A stretch of DNA of 55,206 bases from a virus (taxonomy: Duplodnaviria > Caudoviricetes). The notes under the pieces are model-generated. The model worked only from the letters and a program-made list of their open reading frames with translations. It did no database searches and was not told where the DNA came from. A program made the position numbers and the translations under genes. Below, piece after piece: positions 17,418 through 23,661 of the stretch. The stretch spans positions 1-55,206 of IMG/VR virus record IMGVR_UViG_3300037478_000238. One strand, 5' to 3'. Each line of letters begins with the position of its first letter. Position 1 is the first letter of the stretch.

Positions 17418-18626
17418 ATGCCTACGTACAACGTGAACGTAGACCCGGAAACCAGCATGGTCACCTGGGAAGACACCAGCACCGGGACCACGGGTGTCGC
17501 TGTTGACCCCGTGTTCGCAGACGACGACTGCGGGAACCTGGACACTCCAGATGCCGGTGACCTGAACACTGCTGCCCGTAAATGTGCTGCTCGGCGTGGT
17601 TGGGCGATGAAGGACGGCTCATATCCGATCCGGTCCAAGGAGATGCACGGTGCCGCTGACCTGGCCAAGGCCATCAAGGCGGTGGGTCGCGGTGGCGGCT
17701 CCCATGACGAGATCCGTCAGCACATCATGAAGCGGGCGCGGTCGCTGGGACTTGGTAATCAGATCCCTGAGAACTGGACCAGCAGTGGCTCCAGGAGTGG
17801 TGAATCTTCTACTGAGCCGGATGCATTTCAGGGACAGAGTGATGAGGATTGCCCCGAAGGACAGGTCCGTGACGAAAGCGGTGACTGCGTGACTCCTGAA
17901 AATGACAATGGCGACGACCAGGGCTACCAAGCCTCTGCCGTCCACCGACCTCCGGCCCACATGTTCACCAACCCGGCCCTTAACCGGACCACTCCTTTGA
18001 CCGTGGACGACAACGGCTACGTGTACGGGCACCTGGCCACGTGGAACGAATGCCACGTGGGTATCGGAAACCGGTGCATCACTGCTCCACGGACGGCCAC
18101 CAACTATGCCTACTTCACCACCGGGGAAGTGGTCTGCGACGACGGCAGCCGGAACCGGGTCGGCAAGATCACCCTTGGCACGGGTCACGCCGACCCCGCG
18201 CTGGGGTTCATCCCCGCCGCTGAACACTACGACAACACCGGCACTTCGGTAGCGGTAGTGGCCTGCGGGGAGGACCGGTTCGGGATCTGGGTCGCCGGTA
18301 GCCTGGTTCCTGGTTTAAACGAGGAGAAGCTTGCTGAGCTGCGCCGCTCCCCCCTGTCCGGGGACTGGCGTAGGATCGGCGGAAACCTGGAACTGGTGGC
18401 CGCCCTGGCGGTCAACACACCCGGTTTTCCGGTACTGCGGGCCAGCGCTGACAGTGAGGATGAGCTGGAGGTGTTACTGGCCGCCGGGGTGGTTACTGAG
18501 CCCGGGGAGGTGGTGGTCGATGAGGCCGCTGACCGGGCCAAGCGGTGGCGCGAGGTGGAAGACACGGTCCGTAGTGAGCGGGTCAAGCGACTACTTGGAG
18601 AACGACATGGATCATCTGGATCTTGA
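17418..18626 (+). CDS. Capsid maturation protease-associated protein (C-terminal part)
   Basis: GHLATW..CH, YAYF..G, LSGDWR, LELVAALAVN.PGFP; insert AMKDGSYPI...IPENW. Confidence 0.65.
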   Translation: MPTYNVNVDPETSMVTWEDTSTGTTGVAVDPVFADDDCGNLDTPDAGDLNTAARKCAARRGWAMKDGSYPIRSKEMHGAADLAKAIKAVGRGGGSHDEIRQHIMKRARSLGLGNQIPENWTSSGSRSGESSTEPDAFQGQSDEDCPEGQVRDESGDCVTPENDNGDDQGYQASAVHRPPAHMFTNPALNRTTPLTVDDNGYVYGHLATWNECHVGIGNRCITAPRTATNYAYFTTGEVVCDDGSRNRVGKITLGTGHADPALGFIPAAEHYDNTGTSVAVVACGEDRFGIWVAGSLVPGLNEEKLAELRRSPLSGDWRRIGGNLELVAALAVNTPGFPVLRASADSEDELEVLLAAGVVTEPGEVVVDEAADRAKRWREVEDTVRSERVKRLLGERHGSSGS

Positions 18627-18825
18627 GAACCGGTTCACCTTCCACCCGGCGAAGGGAGACCAGCCTTCGCGGTATCAGACCATCCGGAGCATGTGTGGTT
18701 CGCTGGCCAACTACCTGAACGAGGCGGTGCCGGAATCCCGGGAAAAGAGCCTGGCCATCACCCACCTGGAAGAGACGGTGTTCTGGGCTAACGCCGCCAT
18801 TGCCCGCCATGGGGACCGGGAGTAG
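18607..18825 (+). CDS. Acb2/Tad1-like helical-hairpin protein (putative signal-nucleotide sponge)
   Basis: RF.FH...SREKSLAITHLEETVFWANAAIAR. Confidence 0.7.
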   Translation: MDHLDLENRFTFHPAKGDQPSRYQTIRSMCGSLANYLNEAVPESREKSLAITHLEETVFWANAAIARHGDRE

Positions 18826-18827
18826 CC

Positions 18828-18971
18828 ATGGGCTGTAACTGCGGTAAGACTGCACCGACCAAGTTTGAGGTGAGGCTGCCGGACGGGAGCGTCAAGACGG
18901 TCACGTCTCCGGCCCAGGCCAGGGCGGAGATCACCAAAGCTGGTGGCGGCTCGTACAAGCCAAAAAAATGA
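18828..18971 (+). CDS. Small MGCNCG-start protein (47 aa)
   Basis: GGGAG RBS; type often found near actinophage capsid genes; below the ORF-track cutoff. Confidence 0.65.
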   Translation: MGCNCGKTAPTKFEVRLPDGSVKTVTSPAQARAEITKAGGGSYKPKK

Positions 18972-18985
18972 CCAGATATCTGGTC
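18970..18985. repeat. 16-bp palindrome, left boundary of the RNA island
   Basis: GACCAGATATCTGGTC; 14/16 match at 23571..23586. Confidence 0.7.
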
Positions 18986-19067
18986 GGTTTCGCCTGCGGA
19001 GCCGTGGTGGCATTAACTGCCGGCACGGCCTGGCTCATGTGGCATCTCCGGAACGTGTTCAAATGAG

Positions 19068-19155
19068 CGGAGGAGGGGAGGGTCGAACTCCCACGGGTGT
19101 TACCCCCAACAGTTTTCAAGACTGCGACCGGCGCCAACTGTTGGCTGGCCCCTCC
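19068..19155 (-). tRNA. tRNA-Ser(TGA)
   Basis: Acceptor GGAGGGG/CTCCTCC, loop CT-TGA-AA, long variable arm, GTTCGAC. Confidence 0.9.
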
Positions 19156-19208
19156 AATGATCAACCGGCCCCGATCCTTTGCGGGGCGCTCCTGAGGCCG
19201 GTTGATCG

Positions 19209-19280
19209 AGCGGTGCCGGGGACTTGAACCCCGCCTGTCAGCTTGGAAGGCTGATGCTCTACCAGATGAGCTAGCACCGC
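19209..19280 (-). tRNA. tRNA-Gly(TCC)
   Basis: GCGGTGC/GCACCGC, CT-TCC-AA, GTTCAAGT, discriminator U. Confidence 0.93.
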
Positions 19281-19285
19281 ATAAG

Positions 19286-19510
19286 CTACCCTACCGCTGC
19301 TCGGTAGAAGTAGCCTGACCAGAAGTGGGCAAAACACTTGTCCTCAGCGGACAGCTCAGGGTCATTATGGATGGCCTTTTGTGCCCGTGCAGACTGGTTG
19401 GCATCGGATGGGTCGAACGACACCAGTACCCGCTCGGTGTCATCCTCGTAAAGAAGTACCTCTCCGTTGATCTGCTGGATCACGTACCGTTCACTAGGCA
19501 GTCTAGCCAT
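19286..19510 (-). CDS. Hypothetical protein
   Basis: GGGAGGG RBS, 74 aa. Confidence 0.7.
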   Translation of the reverse strand: MARLPSERYVIQQINGEVLLYEDDTERVLVSFDPSDANQSARAQKAIHNDPELSAEDKCFAHFWSGYFYRAAVG

Positions 19511-19561
19511 CTACGCCCCTCCCCCTTCGACCATGGTCGCGTTCGTCTGGTCCAGCACAGC

Positions 19562-19804
19562 TCAGCCCTCCCCGCCGGTCGCATCGGCACGCCCGGCTAG
19601 GTGCCGGTAGGCGCAGTCGTACTTCTCGCCCTGCGGCTCAAGCAGGTGGAGCCGCCGCTCTACCTCCCGCTCGACTTCGGCCCAGTCGCGCTCGCCGATG
19701 TCCGGGTAATCCTCCCACTGGAGCGGGTTACGGCGGGCGGCGGCGGCGATGGCATGGCGGGCAACGTCCCGGACCGCCAGTTCGGTCATGGTCGGGTTGG
19801 TCAT
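19562..19804 (-). CDS. Hypothetical protein
   Basis: ATGA overlap with the phosphoesterase stop. Confidence 0.65.
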   Translation of the reverse strand: MTNPTMTELAVRDVARHAIAAAARRNPLQWEDYPDIGERDWAEVEREVERRLHLLEPQGEKYDCAYRHLAGRADATGGEG

Positions 19805-20352
19805 CTTCGTATCAGCTCCTCGATCTGATGACTGGAAACCGGGTAGAAGTCCCACATATCCACTCCCACATTGATCTGGCGTCCCTTCACCTGCCATAGG
19901 TTGTGGATGTGGCCATGCAGCAGCCAGCGGCCCTTGTCCGCCGGGTAGAACCCGGCAAACCTGTCCTGGTGCCGTGAGTCCTCTTCGTAGGGGAAATGGC
20001 AGAGGGTCCACGCTTCCATGTGCCATTCTTGCGGTCCGATGGTGAAATCCGCGTCCCGGTACCTATTCACATCAGCTGGGCGTACCTCCTTGTGCCCTGG
20101 CCAGCACCGGTCATGGTTGCCAGGGATTAGGATCTTGTTACCCTTCAGTTGTCGGCAGACAGGTAGCGTTTCGGCCAGCTTTCCCAGGGCCACATCACCG
20201 AGTACGAACACCGTGTCTTCTGGAGCGACACGTTCATTCCAGCGCCGGACCAGTTCCCGGTTCATGTGGTCCACATTGTAGAACGGCCGGTTGCAGTACT
20301 TGATGATGTTGGCGTGACCAAAATGCGGGTCAGCCGTGTACCAAACAGTCAT
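19801..20352 (-). CDS. Calcineurin-like metallophosphoesterase
   Basis: DPHFGH, LGD, GNHD, HGHIH. Confidence 0.92.
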   Translation of the reverse strand: MTVWYTADPHFGHANIIKYCNRPFYNVDHMNRELVRRWNERVAPEDTVFVLGDVALGKLAETLPVCRQLKGNKILIPGNHDRCWPGHKEVRPADVNRYRDADFTIGPQEWHMEAWTLCHFPYEEDSRHQDRFAGFYPADKGRWLLHGHIHNLWQVKGRQINVGVDMWDFYPVSSHQIEELIRR

Positions 20353-20370
20353 ACGTACCCCCTTCCTCGG

Positions 20371-20444
20371 GGTGTGTGACGGGATCTGCCCCCGCGAGAA
20401 CTGGAGCCACATTCCAGTGCCTAATGCTGTCCGGCTTCACACAC
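20371..20444 (-). tRNA. Atypical tRNA-His(GTG)
   Basis: Acceptor GTGTGTG/CACACAC, C discriminator, stem CTGGA/TCCAG with AT-GTG-GC loop; non-canonical T-loop GGCAGAT. Confidence 0.7.
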
Positions 20445-20446
20445 AG

Positions 20447-20519
20447 CACCCCCGACAGGAGTTGAACCTGCAACCTACAGCTCCGGAAGCTGTCGCTCTA
20501 TCCATTGAGCTACGAGGGC
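20447..20519 (-). tRNA. tRNA-Arg(CCG)
   Basis: TAGCTCAATGGATAGAGC D-arm, TT-CCG-GA, GTTCAACT. Confidence 0.93.
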
Positions 20520-20522
20520 AAG

Positions 20523-20605
20523 ATGGTGACTTGTGTCATTCATAACGACGTGAATCCAACCAGCCCAATTCCATAACACAAGTTCTTGCCTGGCTGTCCG
20601 ACCAT
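20523..20605 (-). ncRNA. Candidate structured small RNA between the two tRNA-Arg genes
   Basis: ATGGT/ACCAT ends; 11-bp ACTTGTGTTAT/ATGACACAAGT stem. Confidence 0.4.
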
Positions 20606-20617
20606 TCTATTTCGCAG

Positions 20618-20689
20618 TACCCCCAGCAGGAGTCGAACCCGCATATACGGTTCCGTAGACCGTCGCTCTGTCCATTGAGCTATGGAGGC
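20618..20689 (-). tRNA. tRNA-Arg(ACG)
   Basis: ACGGT CT-ACG-GA ACCGT; canonical D and T arms. Confidence 0.93.
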
Positions 20690-20694
20690 TTAAA

Positions 20695-20730
20695 GTGGCC
20701 CCTGGAACAGGGAAGTAACCCAGGGGCCAC
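20695..20730 (-). other. Hairpin downstream of ro60 with GTTACTTC in the loop
   Basis: GTGGCCCCTGG-gttacttccctgtt-CCAGGGGCCAC. Confidence 0.6.
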
Positions 20731-20744
20731 CTCGCTTCCAAATA

Positions 20745-22427
20745 CTACCCCACGGAAGGGGTACGGTCAAGCCATGGCCAGTCCGCGTTGACTCCACGCT
20801 CCACCAACGGGATCAGCCTGAACATTGCATCCGACACACCGCCGTAAACGTGTCGATTGTTCTCACCAGACGGCATCATGCCCTTGGTGTAACCCACCAG
20901 GTTGATCGTGTGCATCGGCACATGCTCCGGCACACATAAAGTCACCTCACCGGCGTGCATGTCAACACTGGCCTGCTCGTCAGTGATGATGATGACCCGA
21001 TCGTGGCCGTGGTAGTGAGTACGTAATGCCTGAGCGGTACGAGTACCACCACCCAGCTTGTACTCGTGATCGAACCGGGTCCAGGCCCTTATCATCGACT
21101 CCCCCGTAACCAGCGGGAACTCCATGGTGCGGTTCGAGAACGACACCACGGTGGCGTCCTCCGCCCGCGTGGCCAGGGCCACACCGAACAGGGCAGCCTG
21201 CTGCATCTGGCCGATGCCACCCCGGATCGAGAACCGGCCGAACATCGAAGTGGACGTATCCACCAACACCAGGGTCCGTCCCGGCAGTGACGGCACGTTG
21301 GCCAGGGACAGATTCAGGGCCTTCTCCAGTGGGTACGACCACCGCAGTGATGGCACGTTCACGTGTGCGGTGATGAACCGGAGCGGAAGCTGCCGCGACC
21401 ATGCCACCTGGTGTGGGTCGGTCAGTCGATCGATCACCTGCTGGGCAACCTCATCCGACACCCCGGCCTGGTCGAAGTTACGCAGGTTCCGCAACAGTGC
21501 CATGTATCCCATGGACGGGATCATGGCCTCCCATAGGTCCTTCTTGGACACCTTGTCCCCGGCCAGTGAGAGTACATCCTCCCACGTCATCCCGGCCTCC
21601 TTCAGCCGGTTCAGGTCCAGCAGCGCCCTCGGGTCGGTCAACGCCTGCTGACGCAGTTCGCTGTTTGCCTTAATCATGTACAGGAATGTTGAGATCTCGG
21701 GGGTTGGATTGTAGCGCCGCTCCAGGGCAAACTTGAACAGTTGGTTTTGCCTCCAGAGGGTAACCTTCGGATGAGTCAGCATGATCACATCCGCGAACCG
21801 GAACCCGTGCGAAGCAGTGTCGTACTTCAGCAGGGACCGCTGCGTGTACAGATCCACTGCTGCATCGCCGATGCCCCGCTTGATCGGCATCGGCATGGTC
21901 CGGCCGTAGTGCCGGAACCAGTACGCCACGGCCTCACCAGGCTCGTCGCCGCGCCTGATCCCAGCCTTGGCCAGCAGCCGGGTGACACCCTGGCCATACT
22001 TCGGATGCAGGCCGGCACCGCCGGTCACATGGGCCTTGTTGAACTTGTCGGTGTGGAACTTACGGTGCAGGGCCAGGAACTGCCCATCCGACAGGTCGTT
22101 GACAGCCTTGGCCGCCTCCAGGCCCAGCACCAGGGACACGGTGCGAAGGTTCTGCTTGTCACGCAGCCACCACACCAGCTCCAGTGTCCACGCCGGGTCC
22201 TCAACCGCCACCTGGCGGACCAGGCCCAGCAACCGGTTGTCGCGGTCGTCCATCAACTCGTAGAACGTGTCCGCGTTCATGAAGTTGGACGCGGACAGTA
22301 GCAGCAGCTCCGACTTCGGGTCGCGGTCGTAACCGGTGGCCCCCTCGTAGGTGGCGCCGGTCCGTCCAGTGGAACGCACCGGACTGCGGGCCTGGGTACG
22401 GGTCCGGCGAGTGTTGAACTTTGCCAT
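20745..22427 (-). CDS. rsr: Ro60-related TROVE + vWA RNA-binding protein (560 aa)
   Basis: T.EGA.GY..DPKSEL, DTFYE, MGYMALLRNLRNF, SRQLPLRF, vWA LVDTSTSM, GGT, IITDEQ; GGAGGAG RBS. Confidence 0.95.
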   Translation of the reverse strand: MAKFNTRRTRTQARSPVRSTGRTGATYEGATGYDRDPKSELLLLSASNFMNADTFYELMDDRDNRLLGLVRQVAVEDPAWTLELVWWLRDKQNLRTVSLVLGLEAAKAVNDLSDGQFLALHRKFHTDKFNKAHVTGGAGLHPKYGQGVTRLLAKAGIRRGDEPGEAVAYWFRHYGRTMPMPIKRGIGDAAVDLYTQRSLLKYDTASHGFRFADVIMLTHPKVTLWRQNQLFKFALERRYNPTPEISTFLYMIKANSELRQQALTDPRALLDLNRLKEAGMTWEDVLSLAGDKVSKKDLWEAMIPSMGYMALLRNLRNFDQAGVSDEVAQQVIDRLTDPHQVAWSRQLPLRFITAHVNVPSLRWSYPLEKALNLSLANVPSLPGRTLVLVDTSTSMFGRFSIRGGIGQMQQAALFGVALATRAEDATVVSFSNRTMEFPLVTGESMIRAWTRFDHEYKLGGGTRTAQALRTHYHGHDRVIIITDEQASVDMHAGEVTLCVPEHVPMHTINLVGYTKGMMPSGENNRHVYGGVSDAMFRLIPLVERGVNADWPWLDRTPSVG

Positions 22428-22453
22428 CTGGTTCTCCTCCTTTCGTTTGCCGT

Positions 22454-22530
22454 TGGTCGGGATGACAGGACTTGAACCTGCGGCTTCCTGGCCCCAAACC
22501 AGGCACTCTTCCAATCTGAGCTACATCCCG
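22454..22530 (-). tRNA. tRNA-Pro(TGG), CCA encoded
   Basis: CGGGATG/CATCCCG-ACCA, TT-TGG-GG. Confidence 0.95.
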
Positions 22531-22534
22531 TGCA

Positions 22535-22594
22535 GAAAGGCCCCTTCCACATGCCTCCGGGCGGGAGGTGGTGCATGCGTGGAAGGGGCCTTTC
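22535..22594. other. Long hairpin (16-bp perfect stem)
   Basis: GAAAGGCCCCTTCCAC/GTGGAAGGGGCCTTTC. Confidence 0.7.
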
Positions 22595-22599
22595 GCGGT

Positions 22600-22683
22600 G
22601 TGCCACGGGTACGGCACTTTGGGACAAAAGGAAAGGAGGTAGAGTCTATGGCTCGACTCGTGACGGTCTCCTGCCCGTGGCAC
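22600..22683 (-). ncRNA. Candidate small RNA with an anti-Shine-Dalgarno-like loop
   Basis: 10-bp closing stem GTGCCACGGG/CCCGTGGCAC; inner hairpin GAGTC/GACTC; loop TACCTCCTTTCCTTTTGTCCC. Confidence 0.45.
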
Positions 22684-22690
22684 GTGTTGC

Positions 22691-22766
22691 CCCTCCGAGA
22701 AAAAGTCGACCCCGGTTAAATGTCATTTTGCAGAATGAAGTAGCCGTTGTCATTCGCAGCGGAGGG
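22691..22766 (-). ncRNA. Minimal Y RNA (no tRNA-like domain)
   Basis: CCCTCCG/CGGAGGG stem; TGCGAA..GAC..CGG.TACTTC scaffold shared with the other two Y RNAs. Confidence 0.7.
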
Positions 22767-22781
22767 AAATCTTCAGTTGTG

Positions 22782-22817
22782 GGCGATGATGCAGCCCTGG
22801 GGGACTGCACCACCACC
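22782..22817 (-). other. 16-bp GU-rich hairpin downstream of tRNA-Tyr
   Basis: GGTGGTGGTGCAGTCC-ccca-GGGCTGCATCATCGCC; wobble pairs form only on the minus strand. Confidence 0.5.
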
Positions 22818-22819
22818 AG

Positions 22820-22901
22820 TGCGGGTGAAGGGATTCGAACCCCCTCAGCGCGTGCACCTGGTTTACAGCCAGGCCCGGCTCTCCCACTCCGGCGCACCCG
22901 C
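22820..22901 (-). tRNA. tRNA-Tyr(GTA)
   Basis: GCGGGTG/CACCCGC, CT-GTA-AA, long variable arm, GTTCGAAT. Confidence 0.9.
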
Positions 22902-22904
22902 ATG

Positions 22905-23040
22905 GATTCCCGAGAAAATATTGACATCCGAAACGTAGCGCTCTGCCATTGAGCTACATCTGGTGAACCAGAAGATAGGACTCGAACCTATAACCACTCG
23001 ATTAGTAGTCGAAGTAACGGCTGTCTTCGCATCGGGAACC
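22905..23040 (-). ncRNA. yrlA: YrlA-type Y RNA (circularly permuted tRNA mimic)
   Basis: Closing stem GGTTCCCGA/TCGGGAATC; GTTACTTC; T-arm ATAGG-TTCGAGT-CCTAT, loop-closed acceptor-like stem CTTCTGG-ttca-CCAGATG, then D-arm TAGCTCAATGGCAGAGC; next to ro60. Confidence 0.88.
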
Positions 23041-23090
23041 TATGTAGTTTTGAAAGTCTCACCAGTCCCGGGGGGCGGCGAGAAGTTGAA

Positions 23091-23230
23091 GACGCCTGAG
23101 GAAAATCGATCCCGGATAGCTGCGAGGCGTTACCCTCGACGGTGGGACTCGAACCCACAACTCATTCTCCGTAAGGAATGTGATCTACCATTTGATCTAC
23201 GAAGTATCCGTGATCTGCGCATCAGGCGTC
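23091..23230 (-). ncRNA. Y RNA variant with a non-permuted D/anticodon/T-arm module
   Basis: GACGCCTGA/TCAGGCGTC stem, TGCGCA-GATC-a-CGGA-TACTTC scaffold, D-arm GATC/GATC, CATTC-cttacgga-GAATG, GTGGG-TTCGAGT-CCCAC. Confidence 0.75.
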
Positions 23231-23234
23231 CTGG

Positions 23235-23447
23235 TCAGATCTGGGTACGGAACTCCTTCATGAACTTCGACCACGAGTCCGGGTCGAAACTCAGATGGAT
23301 GTCCGGCAGCTGGTTGTTGCGGACCAGTACCTCGGTGGTTCGATGGGCCACTTCCACGCACAGGTCGTTGTCGCACCTGCTGGACTTGCGCCAGGTTACT
23401 TCTGCGCAGTTCCCGTTGTCACACCTGCTGGACTTACGCCAGTTCAC
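23235..23447 (-). CDS. DUF397-family protein with tandem WRKSS motif (70 aa)
   Basis: GTG start; WRKSSRCDNGNCAEV / WRKSSRCDNDLCVEVA..VRN..L.F...W..F; 48-bp internal duplication. Confidence 0.9.
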   Translation of the reverse strand: MNWRKSSRCDNGNCAEVTWRKSSRCDNDLCVEVAHRTTEVLVRNNQLPDIHLSFDPDSWSKFMKEFRTQI

Positions 23448-23558
23448 TGCACCACCCCCTTTGTCCCTTGGGAGCCTACCCCTAACAGGTCTGGTTCCTA
23501 GCGTGGCACGAGACCCGGGTTCCTGCAAGCTCCCAACCTGGCTAGTGACCCAAGTCAC

Positions 23559-23587
23559 ATAATAAAACTGGACAAGATATCTGGTAA
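23559..23587 (-). promoter_or_regulatory. Candidate promoter of the RNA island, overlapping the right boundary repeat (23571..23586)
   Basis: TTACCA-N17-TATTAT on the minus strand. Confidence 0.4.
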
Positions 23588-23661
23588 CCTTGCCAACCAG
23601 AAGCGCGTGCTGGCGTGAGGGCCGACGTGGAAAGTTAAACTTGCCACGGAAGGCCCCGAAA

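Noticed and set aside
22428-22514. 29-aa N-terminal extension of the TROVE ORF in the ORF track
   Set aside because: It overlaps tRNA-Pro; a strong RBS points to ATG 22427.
23140-23205. Functional quadruplet-anticodon (frameshift-suppressor) tRNA
   Set aside because: No 7-bp acceptor stem or free 3' end; it sits inside a Y-RNA scaffold.
18931-23562. Track ORFs overlapping RNA genes (e.g. 18943..19227, 20336..20545, 22530..22952, 22963..23562)
   Set aside because: They are readings of tRNA and Y RNA sequence with no protein motifs.
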